The position numbers were made by a program, and so were the translations under genes. The notes beneath the pieces were generated by a model. The model searched no databases and was not told where the DNA came from. It saw only the letters and a program-made list of their open reading frames with translations. A stretch of 64,000 nucleotides of DNA from assembly GCA_964016885.1 (NCBI GenBank), contig OZ024740.1, positions 172,732,001 through 172,796,000 of the forward strand, in the 5' to 3' direction. This DNA comes from Eledone cirrhosa (Eukaryota). Positions 51,356 to 64,000 of this stretch are shown here, piece after piece (position 1 is the stretch's first letter; each line of letters opens with the position of its first letter).

Positions 51356-51738
51356 ATACATATATGTATAGAGAGAGAATTAGTATATTTACCAACATAT
51401 GTGTACAGATGTTCACCTATGCTAGCAAATATATATGTTATGTCTTAGTACCTTTGTGGTTCTATGCAGGGGGATGCAGAACAATTATATGAAATCGTAA
51501 AATAAGAAAATTTTAAAAATAAAAAATCAACTTACTAAAATTTTCACTCCAACTAATTAGTTTCTGTATGGGGATAAATATAGTTACATAATATAACTAT
51601 AGAGAATTCCATACGTCATCGGGGAATCTATTCTCAGCTAAGTTTCCAGGCGATGCGCGGACACTAGGAACCCATATAATTTTTATATAGGTTCCTAGTG
51701 TATATGTATATATATATATATATATGTATATGTATATG

Positions 51739-51789
<51 letters not shown>

Positions 51790-51937
51790 GTATATATATA
51801 TATATGTATATATATATATGTATATATATATATGTATATATATGTATATGTATATATATGTATATGTATATATATGTATATGTATATATATGTATATGTA
51901 TATATATGTATATATATGTATATATATATATATATAC

Positions 51938-52011
<74 letters not shown>

Positions 52012-52497
52012 ATACATATACATATATATATACATATACATATATATACATATATATATATATACATATACATATATATATATACATATATATATACATA
52101 TATATACATATATATATATATATGTATATATATATATGTATATACATATATATATATATACATATGTATATATATATGTATATATATATATACATATATA
52201 TATATACATATGTATATACATAAATATATATAAATATATATATATACATATATATATATATACATATATATATACATATATATATACATATATATACATA
52301 AATATATATACATAAATATATATACATATATATATATACATATATATATACATATATATTAGAAAGTGAGGTTTTTTTTTACAAAATGAAAAATAACCGG
52401 GGTGTCCTACACGAGTGAAAGTATAAAGAAAAAGAGATGAAATCGAAAATGCAACTGGAGTCTTATTTTTTTTTTAAATATATATATTTATTTGGTT

Positions 52498-52535
52498 CCT
52501 TTACCGGTTTAGCAGTTCTTCTGCTTTTCAAAAGG
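52498..52535 (-). ncRNA. Minimal U3-A8 HHR in the 3' pLTR (G12 mutated here, intact in the 5' pLTR)
   Basis: CCTT-TTGAAAA-GCAG-AAGAA-CTGC-TAAAC-CG-GTA-AAGG. Confidence 0.75.
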
Positions 52536-53339
52536 TGAGTTGAGATGGAGGGTCTGTGGTTTTTCTCACATCTGGTTGGTCTCTGAATGTTACTTGTTTT
52601 ATATGGAAAAAGTGGCTCGAAATGCCAGGTTTTTCGAGAAGTAATTTGATTGGTTTGTCAAAAATTATAATAAATTTCGCGCCAGTTCGCGTTACAATAG
52701 TTCTTCAAATAAGTAAGGGGGGGGGGGGGGTTGTCACAGGTTGTTTTTTCATATATGAGTGTTTGAATTTCTTTTTACTTGAAAAAAGGAGGCTCACGAA
52801 GGCTTTTTTTGGTTGGTTATAAATGAAATTTGGCTGTCACGTGAACAAGTTTTCATTACATTTTTGCTCCCTTATTTGGAAAACTATTCTGTAGTCTTTA
52901 TAGTGAATGTTATGACAATGGAAAGTTAGTGGTCAAGAGAAAAGGGATTGGGAGAATTGTTCTGGTTCAGTGAATATGGTTAGTTCGCTGGGGTGTCAGA
53001 GTTCAGATTTTCTATTGAAGTGAAGATATGTATGTTTATTTGTGTGCTTGTGTGTGTATGTGTGTGTGTGCGTGTGTGTATGTGTGTATTGGAAGATGAT
53101 TCTATTAGTAGAGATGGGGGAGGGAGTTGTGTGTGTGTGTATATGGGTGTTATGTGTGTGTGTGTGCGAGTATGTTAAGATGGAGAGAATATATATTTTG
53201 TGTGTGTGTATAAATATATATGTGTGTAGGAAAGTGGTTCTATTAGTAGAAATGGGGAGGGAGTTGTGGGTGTGGGGGTTGTTATGTGTGTGTGTGGGTT
53301 TATGTGTGTGGGAGTATGGTTAGCATGTTAAGATGAAGA

Positions 53340-53388
<49 letters not shown>

Positions 53389-53587
53389 GTGTGTGTGTGT
53401 ATGTGTGTGTGTAGGAAAGTGATTCCTTTAGTAGGAATATTTTTGAATGAACATATTTTCTTTATTCGTGTTTGCTGTTGTATTGTCAGTGCAAACGTAT
53501 GTTAAGGTTTATTTAGTTCGGGTTTCTATTTTCTAAAGTAGAAGGTGTTATGTGTGTGTGTGTATGTCATATTATGGTGTTGACATA

Positions 53588-55885
53588 TTAAACCTTATTT
53601 AATGTTGGTCTATATTTTTGAATAAACATATTTTCCTTATTTATTCGCATTTGTTCTGTTGTATTGTAAGCGCAAAGGTAAAATGGGAAGACTTGGAATT
53701 TGGGTGTCTTATTACTTGCGCAAATGTCTAGATGTGCACTTAGTGGTATCTGTCTCGTGGTTGGATCTCGTAATTGTTGGCGATGAACTGTCATTCTGTT
53801 TCTGAGTGTGAGTTTAGTTTGTCCTATATAATCTTCATTGCATCCTTTACATTTAATGGCATAAACTAGATTTTTTGATGAGCAAGTGAAGTGATTTTTT
53901 ACAGTAAAATTTTGTCCTGATTTAAATGTATACGTGTTGCCTTCAATGAGGTGAGTGCAGGTTCCACAATTAGAGCGACCACATTTTTTGATACTTGGTT
54001 GTGGGCTTGTGGTAGGTAATTTGGCATTGGTGAGTAATGTTTTCAGTGATTTTGGTTGTCTTTTGCTTTTGATTATTTTGTGTGTTTCAAGGACTTTTTT
54101 CATTCTTGGGTTTTGTTTTAGTAGTGGGATGTTATTGTGAATAGTGTTGTAAGCTTCCGCATTTCTTGGGTTGTGTGTTGAGATATATGATAGAATATTG
54201 GACGTACCTTGAATTTGTTTCTGTTTCCGTAATTCATCAATGCCTATTGCTTTAGCCCTTTCTATTCCATTATTTATTAGTAATAGTGGGTACTCTCTCT
54301 CGAGTAGAATTTCCTTTAATTCTTGAAGTCTTTTATTTCGCGTTACATAATTGGAGACAATTGTGCATATTCTTCTTGCTAGGTTAAAAGGAATGTTCGT
54401 CTTCGTGTGCTTTGGATGGTTGGAGGTGAATAGCAGATATTGTTTGGAATCTGTTGGTTTGTAGTGTATGTCAGTTTCGATATTTGTGTCTTTTTTAAAG
54501 ATTAAGATGTCCAGAAATGGGAGCTGATCTTGGCTGTATTCCATTGTGAATTGGATGTGGTTATTGATGCCGTTTATTAAGTTTTTGAAATCCTTCAGTT
54601 GGTCGAGTGTGTGGGACCAAAGAATGAGGCAATCATCCAAGTAGCGTTTCCAATTCTCTGATAAATATTTGTGGAAGTTCAATCCGTATTTTGATTTGGA
54701 CTGTTCATATATCTGGACTTCTAAGTATGCCATGACTAAGTTGGCATAAGTTGGAGCGGCTTTTGTACCCATCGCAGTCCCCGATATTTGCTTGTAAGTA
54801 TTGCCATCGAAATCAAAAAAGTTGTTCTGTAGGATGAATTTTAATCCCTCGGTGATGAAGCTTTTTTCTATTCTGTCAGGTATCTCATTGGGATATTTCT
54901 CTAGCCAGAATCCTATTGCTTCTAGTCCGTATTGGTGTGGGATCGTTGTGTAGAGATTCACTACATCGAAAGACACAATAATAGTGTCGTTGTTGACATG
55001 TTTGGGGAGGTGGTTTAAGAGGTCCAGATCGTCTCTTACAAGGCTTGGTATGTGTTTCAGTATTGGTTTCAGTAGTATGTCTATAAAGTTGCTCAATCTG
55101 TGTTTCACATTGTGGGCCCGCTACAATTGGTCTTAATTTAAGGTCTGTGGTGTATTGTGTGTTCACGCAGGCTGAGGTGGATTGTTTACAGGCATCGTTG
55201 ATTATTTTACACTTGTGGATCTTCGGAAGTCCGTAAAGGTTGCTGGTTTTGTATTCAAAATTTGTTAAATAATCGCGTTCCTTTTTAGTTAGGTCTTCCT
55301 GGTATCGATAAATCAGTGTGTTTAATTTGGTCATTATTTTTGATTGCTGGTAGTTTTTTACTCTTTCATAGTAATTAGTATTTTGTAAGAGAGAGAACAT
55401 AGAATTTTTATATTTTTCAGCCTCCATAATGACAACAGTACTTCCCTTGTCCGCTTCCTTAATTATAATGTCCGTATTGTTTTTTAGTTCATGGATAATC
55501 TCCCATTCCCTTCGACTTGTGTTGGGTTTGGGTTTAGGTTGCGGTAGTTCATGGTATGGGAAGGTAGCTATGTGCTCACAAAATTTGTCCAGAACTCTGT
55601 TTCTACCTTTTGTTGGGTTGTAGCTGCTTTTATTCCGTACAATTGATTCGTCGTTATTCTCCTTGTCAAAGAATTCCTCTGTGAGACGTAATTTTCTACA
55701 GAAGTGTGAGATATCGTCATTTATCTCGTTGGGGTTAGGTATTGTGGTGTTGGTGTGAATTTCAGACCTTTGGAGAGAATTTTTACTTGTTGGGCTGAGA
55801 GGTTTGTATTTGAAATGTTAATTATTTTCGGTTTTTCAAAATCGGTTTGTGCCACCGGGTGTCGTGAGTCCTGTAGCCTTGATCT
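53588..55885 (-). pseudogene. PLE RT + GIY-YIG ORF with a few frameshifts
   Basis: Starts ...KIINISNTNLSAQQVKILSKGLKFTPTP and continues through ORFs 54885-55427 and 53588-55108. Confidence 0.9.
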
Positions 55886-57016
55886 AAAAAATGATTTTTC
55901 TGGAATGTTTTTTCATTGGTATTATTATATCTAATGGTATTTCCCCTGTTGTTGTGTGGTCTTGTATAGAAGTTTCGGACGTATTGAGGTTCGGTTTGTT
56001 GATAGTCCGGGTTGTAGATTTGGTTCCTTTGTGTGGGTTGGGATCTACGGTTTTGGAACAGGCTCTGTGTGGGCAGGGGTATACGGTTTTGGAATAGGTT
56101 TTGTGTGGGTTGTGATCTGCGGATCAGGTCCTGCCTTGTGTTAGGGGATCTTTGGTTTTTGTTAGTAGGGTTATAGTTTTGTCTATGGTTTCTGGGATTA
56201 TCGTTATAGTTTTGCTGGGAGTATGTTGGACGTTTTGTTACTTTTTTTGTTATTTGTTGTGCATGTGGTGTGTGAGTTTTAGTTTGTTTTAAAAATGGGT
56301 TACCTGTATGTTGTTCATTTTTGAAGTCCATTTCGTAGTTGTTGAACCAGGTGGCGTTTTTTTCCCATCGCTGGAGGGATGTTAGTTCTTCATCCTCACA
56401 GTTTTCTTTCCAAAGTGTTAGGGTTTTTTTGTAGAGTAGGCCTTCAGTGTGATTTGAGATTTCTGTGTCCATCTGTTGGTCGAGTGACTTGAATTTTTCT
56501 TCGTTGGAGTTGGCTCTTAATCGCAACAGTTCTATTTCTGTTTTAAATTTTTCCAATGCCATCTTTTCCCTAAGTCTTTGTTGGTTTTCTGGTTCATTCG
56601 GGATGGGTTTTATTTGGAGTTTTTTGGGGAGGATGATTGGGGTAGCCACTTTTCATATATGTCTGCCTTGCCATTATTTTTTAGGAGATTCCAAAGGGCG
56701 AATTGCGGGCTGTGAGCTTTTGAGTCCATATGTTGAATAGGGTGTTTTTCACTGAGTGGACATCTCGTAGATTGGGTTCTAACGGTTGTTCCAGCTTTTG
56801 GAGCATTGCTGTTTCAATGGTTTCGATTAGCTTAGTTAATACTGGAGTAATATTCGTCTGTTGGGTATTTTCTGTTTCTTCGTGGGGTCCTTTTTTATAG
56901 ATGTGTATTTGGTCCACTTTGTTGGTCAAAATTGAGAGTTTAGAGGAAATCTCTTTGAGTTCATTTAAGATGTCCTGGTTCAGTGAGTTGTTGTTTTGTT
57001 GAGACTTTGGTGGCAT
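55822..57016 (-). pseudogene. PLE N-terminal ORF1-like protein (coiled-coil, basic Q/N/R-rich tail), disrupted near 56680
   Basis: ATG 28 nt after the 5' pLTR; ORFs 56681-57016 and 55822-56649; 11-aa repeat RSQPTQNLFQN. Confidence 0.7.
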
Positions 57017-57304
57017 TTTCGGTCTTCGTGTGGTGGGTATATATTAGAAAGTGAGGTTTTTTTTTACAAAATGAAAAATAACCGAGGTGTCCTACACGAG
57101 TGAAAGTATAAAGAAAAAGAGATGAAATCGAAAATGCAACTGGAGTCTTATTTTTTTTTAAAATATATATATTTATTTGGTTCCTTTACCGGTTTCGCAT
57201 TTATATATATATACATATATATATATACATATATACATATATATACATATATATATATACATATATATATACATATATACATATATATACATATATATAT
57301 ATAC

Positions 57305-57361
<57 letters not shown>

Positions 57362-57378
57362 TATACATATATATATAC

Positions 57379-57421
<43 letters not shown>

Positions 57422-57454
57422 TATATACATATATATATACATATATATATATAC

Positions 57455-57505
<51 letters not shown>

Positions 57506-57522
57506 CATATATATACAGATAC

Positions 57523-57600
<78 letters not shown>

Positions 57601-57632
57601 ACAGATACATATATATATACATATATATACAG

Positions 57633-57713
<81 letters not shown>

Positions 57714-57837
57714 CATATATATACAGATATATAGATACATATATATATACATATATACATATATATACATATATATATATATATATACATATATATATAC
57801 ATTTATATATATATACATATATATATACATTTATATA

Positions 57838-57869
<32 letters not shown>

Positions 57870-57892
57870 CATATATATACATATATATACAT

Positions 57893-57984
<92 letters not shown>

Positions 57985-58017
57985 TATATACATATATATA
58001 TACATATATATATATAT

Positions 58018-58523
58018 GAAAAACATGGGGAGAAGAATACTGCATGGTTGCACATGGATTACATATTATAAAATTAGTCCCTCATCAGTGATTTGCCAAC
58101 GATCATTGGTATTTCATCGCATTAAAAATCATATACCTCAGGTTGGTGCGAGCAATAACTAAAATAAGCTATTGGGACAAGTGAGTCGCGTAAAGCGAGT
58201 GAGACAAGTAAACAACATAGAAGGAAAAGCAAACTGAAGATCGGAAAAAAACAAGCAACATGGTTATCCGATCAGCATAAGCTGGGTAAATTTCAAGAGC
58301 GTCCAGAAAACAGACCTTTCGCTGAACCAAATGGGATGTGAGAAAGAAAGAATCCCACGCCTAGCGAACGGGAGGAAGTGAGAAGGGGAGAAACAGAGAG
58401 TGAGTGAGTGGAAGTGCGAGGAAGAGCTCAGTCGAGAGAAAGTGTTAACTGACAGTGGGGACGAAAGAAGGTAAGAGAAACAGAGAGAACGCGGGTGCAG
58501 TAAGAGAGAAAGAGAGAAACAGA
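58018..58523 (-). mobile_element. Diverged copy of the 34.0-kb retrozyme-like unit; permuted HHR-like motif at 58076-58147
   Basis: Collinear with 34165-34695 (reverse complement). Confidence 0.82.
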
Positions 58524-58568
<45 letters not shown>

Positions 58569-58599
58569 CATATATATACATATATATACATATATACAT

Positions 58600-58652
<53 letters not shown>

Positions 58653-58699
58653 CATAAACATAAATATATATACACTTATATATATATATACATATACAT

Positions 58700-59300
58700 A
58701 TGGAAAGTTATATTTAAATTGTTGGGTTACAACTAGTAAATATTTATAACTGATATAAAAGCACTCGACAAATATTTGGAGTATATTTACAATATTGAAT
58801 AAATGGAAACTATATTTATAAAACCATATTTATTTCATTATATATATTTCAGGGATATCATATTAACAATATGCTATGCCTTCCTCAGACAAAATACAAT
58901 ATAAACAGTTTTATAGATAAATAGATTCGACATACCGTACCAACATCTACTTGCATTTGAAAAGGTTGATTTGGTAGTGACAAAATTGTACACAGAGAGA
59001 AAGAAAGAGAGAGAAAGAGAGAAAAAGAGAGAAAAAAGACAGAAAACGAAGAAAAAGAAAAAGAAGAAATGCATGGAACAAAATAGAGAGATGGAAAGAT
59101 AGATAAAGAGAAGAACTTCATGTAAAGAAACAGAAAGAGATATATATATATAGAGAGAGAGGAAATAGAGATAGATACATATATATAGAAAGCTAGGTAG
59201 TGGGACATCTGTTGAATAACGTATCAATGATACATTTATTTATTTATTTATTTATTTAGCTCTAGTATTAATGTAAGGGAGATATATGGAGAGAAAACCA
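58700..59300 (-). mobile_element. PLE 3' region with HHR at 58833-58894
   Basis: TTTTGT-CTGAGGA-AGG...CCT-GAAA-TATATA-TA-ATGAAA. Confidence 0.75.
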
Positions 59301-59458
59301 GCTGTTATATAGGGAGAGAAAAAATATAGAGAGAGAAAAAAAAAAGAGAGAGAAAAAAAAGAGAGAGAAAAAAATATATATACCTATATATATATATACA
59401 TATACATATATATATATACATATATATACATATATATATATATACATATATATGTATA

Positions 59459-59490
<32 letters not shown>

Positions 59491-59500
59491 CATATATATG

Positions 59501-59542
<42 letters not shown>

Positions 59543-59553
59543 TATGTATATAC

Positions 59554-59590
<37 letters not shown>

Positions 59591-59657
59591 CATATATGTA
59601 TATACATATATATATATATACATATACATATATATATACATATATATATATACATAT

Positions 59658-59905
59658 AAATAAAGTTAGTCCTTCATCAGTGATCTTCCAACCATCATTG
59701 GTATTTCATCGCCGTCCAACTTTCCCCCATTGATGGGCGTGAGGCCGAAATATTGGGATTAAATCTCCACTACGGTAACCCTTCTACCTTTGTTTTGTTT
59801 TCATCTTTGTCTCTCTCTATTTTCACTTTCTCCTATTTCTCTTATCTATCATTCACTTCCTACCTCGAGATTTCCCTCTGCATTGTTGTGGCTTTCTAAA
59901 CTACG
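59658..59905. mobile_element. Chimeric stub: partial permuted-HHR unit (59658-59712, -) joined to a PLE 3' end (59720-59905, +)
   Basis: First part matches 45582-45634; second part matches 27045-27173. Confidence 0.7.
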
Positions 59906-59918
59906 TATTTTATATATA

Positions 59919-59975
<57 letters not shown>

Positions 59976-60020
59976 ATATATATATATGTATATATATATA
60001 TGTATATGTATATATATATG

Positions 60021-60155
<135 letters not shown>

Positions 60156-60222
60156 TTATAGACCTGAATGTATGTATATATATGTTTATATGTGTATATA
60201 CATCAACATATATATATATATA

Positions 60223-60284
<62 letters not shown>

Positions 60285-60290
60285 TATATG

Positions 60291-60350
<60 letters not shown>

Positions 60351-60374
60351 CATATATATATATATACATATATG

Positions 60375-60414
<40 letters not shown>

Positions 60415-60416
60415 AC

Positions 60417-61145
60417 CAAAATTTAAAGAAGGTTCATTGATTAATAAAGGAATATAGTTTTACAACAGATAAGAAGCACTCAACAAAGAAGTTTTCTGGA
60501 GTTATTAATATTAATTCAAAATATTAATAAATATAGACATTCATGTGATCAAACATATTTTATTATATATATTTCAGAGGTACTGTGCTGTTTCCTCAGT
60601 ACGTCCTCATCAGATAAAATAAATTGATGTCTGACATACCTCAACTGTGCTGATGGTTCAATTCCAGTCTTGGCAGTGATTAGTTATGACAAAACTCAAT
60701 ATTTATATAACATAACAGACTACCTATAATTGAGAAGGTGAGTAGGAGAACGTGTATAAAAAAATTAAATAAATACATATATAGATAAGTAAAATACATA
60801 AACACATCAGTACATAACTGTTAAATATTTAAATAATTAAATATGTAAATATGCGTATTAGAGAAAAAAACAAATGAGAGAGAGAGAGAGCTAAATAGAG
60901 GAGAAAAGGAAAATATAGAGATTAATTAATTAATTATTTTATACCATCTATATCTCCGTTTCTTCGTTTTTATCTTCATTTCTCTATATTCACCTTTTCC
61001 CCTCTATTTAGCTTCCTCTCTCTCTCATTTGTTTTCTTCTCTAATACGGATATTTACATATTTAATTATTTAAATATTTAACAGTTATGTACTGATGTGT
61101 TTATGTATTTTACTTATCTATATATGTATTTATTATATTTTTTTC
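60417..61145 (-). mobile_element. PLE 3' region with HHR at 60557-60620 and a ~165-bp-arm fold-back
   Basis: ATTTTAT-CTGATGA-GGACGTACTG...CAGTACCTCT-GAAA-TATATA-TA-ATAAAAT; arms ~60757-60920 and ~60980-61145. Confidence 0.78.
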
Positions 61146-61292
61146 TATATAAATAGGATGGGGTGGGGACTCAATAAGTAAATTGAACGACAAACTTACA
61201 AAAAGTACCGATTTTCGCCCCCCCCCTCATTCCAAGCCCTCGTATTATTTGGTACCCGAGAGTATATACATAAATGCGTTATTCTTCGTGTG

Positions 61293-61396
<104 letters not shown>

Positions 61397-61983
61397 GTAA
61401 TTCATACATAAACATATATATATGCATATATATATACATGCATACATATATATGCATACATATACATATACATGCATACATATACATGCGTACATATACA
61501 TTCATACATATACATTAATTTTGTATGATTTTAGCAACACAGGACACGTTTTAGAATTGATATATACAGGCACGTACACACACACACACATATATATATA
61601 TACACACATCTATATACATATATACATACATCTATATACATATATATATACATACGTATATATATATACATACATCTATATACATATATACATACATCTA
61701 TATACATATATATATATATACATACATATAAATATACATACCTCTATATACATATATATATATATATACATACATTTATATACACATACCTCTATATACA
61801 TATATATATATATACATTTATATACATATATGTACATACATTTATATACATATATATACATACATATATATATACATACATATACATACACACACACAGA
61901 TATATACATACATAAATACATACATATACATACACACACATATATACATACATAAATACATACATATACAAATACACACACAC

Positions 61984-62057
<74 letters not shown>

Positions 62058-62194
62058 ACTGGCTTTTCCACATTATACATATTGTTAGCACCCCAAACAC
62101 TTAAATTGGGTTTATATTTTAATATAACCTAATGTTTGTTGAGTGAGATGGTTACCAGTCAGAGTTTAGCTTTAAACTATCTCTGTTATTGTAT

Positions 62195-62286
<92 letters not shown>

Positions 62287-62402
62287 TATTATTTATCAAC
62301 TGTGAAGCTACAGAGGTGACTTAAGTCTAACAAAGTTTGACAAGTGCTTCGGCATAAAACTCGTCTTTTGAATCATTTATGTAGTCTTACAACTAATAAA
62401 TG

Positions 62403-62447
<45 letters not shown>

Positions 62448-62605
62448 GGCGTGTGGAAAGTCTGAATAGGATATTAACTAAATATTAAAACTAAAACTAT
62501 TTAAACAAGTTATACATTTTCGCCTGAATGAATCAATATTTGATATACGTCGTTCTTAGGGATAACTCTGAGGAGCGCAATATACGTATATATATACGTA
62601 TATAC

Positions 62606-62678
<73 letters not shown>

Positions 62679-62679
62679 C

Positions 62680-62725
<46 letters not shown>

Positions 62726-63170
62726 CATGCCCGCTCAGGCTGAGAACGAAAGACTTGCTGAAGAAGCAAACTCTGTTCTGTCGTCAAAAACCATTATATT
62801 GCAGACTCCTGCAATCGGAATTTGTCGATCTTGGATTTCCAGAAACTTAGCGCTGATGTTGATGTTGAGTGCTGTATGTGATGTATATTGTGTGATATAC
62901 GATGTACATTATATATTTTGCATTCAGCCTCACCGCTCTGTCCGGGTCAGTATAACATCTTTTCCTGGGTCCTGTATTTTCGTTGCTCTAGTGATGCGGC
63001 TGGACTGCCGACCGCTATATCTGATTTGCTAAGCTGTCTGAACGTATTGTTATTACTCTGGGGTTCTTTTCCCCATCTTAGTGATAAAGCTACAGAGCGA
63101 TTCTGCATTTGTTAGCTTGGCCGTGTTCTAAAGCTTCGTTAATGCTGTACTAAAATTTATATATATATAC

Positions 63171-63227
<57 letters not shown>

Positions 63228-63873
63228 AAATTTAGTACAGCATCAACGAAGCCATGGTTGCAGCCAAGCTAACGAATGCTGTTTCGGTGTGCAGCTAAGC
63301 ACTCGATAGGATATATAACCCAAGAGTTATAACATTACGTTTAGACAGCTTTGCAAAATGAAGATAGCGACCGATAGAAGGGCCGCAGTGACCATAGCGA
63401 CGAAAAAAACTGAACTCAGGAAAAATTTGACTAACCTGGACCATCGCGTCGACATCATACATAACACATAATATATACCATATAATATACATCACATATA
63501 TTCCATAATATCTCCGCTAGGTTTCTGTAAATCCGAAATCAACAAACTCCACTTGCAGAGGTCTGCAAGTTAATGGTTTTTGAAGATAGAACAATGGAGT
63601 TTACTTCGTCAACAAGTTTTTCGTTCTGGTCCGCTCGGGTGTTGAAACTAGAGTAAGCGCTGCTAGCAAACACATGGTTTTCCCAAAGGGAGGTAACCCA
63701 CGATTTTAGCGGTCAATTCAAAATTTGGAACAAAGGAATAAAAATTCCTTTACACAAACCGAATTAAGCACTCAACTAGAAGTTATCAAACAAACATAAA
63801 CAATTATCATTCAATAGAATTGTCTAATTAAATTAATCAAAATTTAGTACAGCATCAACGAAGCCATGGTTGC
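62726..63873. mobile_element. Two diverged copies of an unclassified non-coding element, inverted around a TA tract; the right copy is a 612-bp partial tandem
   Basis: 62726-63158 is homologous to the reverse complement of 63227-63645; 63227-63262 recurs at 63839-63873. Confidence 0.65.
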
Positions 63874-63874
63874 A

Positions 63875-64000
<126 letters not shown>

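Larger units (their letters stand above)
52359..57199 (-). mobile_element. Near full-length Neptune-type PLE with direct pLTRs
   Basis: 57044-57199 repeats 52359-52514. RT: LYGLPKIHK, RPIV, SFDVVNLYT, GTAMG, RYLDD, LPFLD. Cys linker CGRSNCGTC; GIY-YIG NLVYAIKC..YIGQT. Confidence 0.95.

Overview
AT-rich animal genomic DNA with no recognisable host gene. It is probably octopus or another cephalopod, inferred from the SINE core and RTE family. About half the window is (TA)n/(TACA)n/(CA)n/(GA)n microsatellite, and the long I/Y-rich ORFs are artefacts of it. Nearly every island between the TA tracts is a mobile element. These are: a near full-length RTE LINE, two copies of a second RTE family, three CR1-group LINE pieces, an RTE-derived bipartite element (2 copies), a tRNA-SINE, a non-autonomous Helitron, four coding Penelope-like elements (PLEs) and many non-coding PLE/retrozyme-like units in tandem or fold-back form. 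More than 15 hammerhead ribozyme (HHR) motifs can be read by eye. Highlights: (1) a non-coding ~530-nt mobile unit with a conserved, covarying, pseudoknotted RNA in which the hammerhead core strands are in a non-circularly permuted order; (2) several HHRs with the compensatory U3-A8 core; (3) an in-phase U-UUU-UUA -1 frameshift site joining ORF1 to RT/GIY-YIG in a Neptune-type PLE. Coordinates were read by eye (within a few nt).
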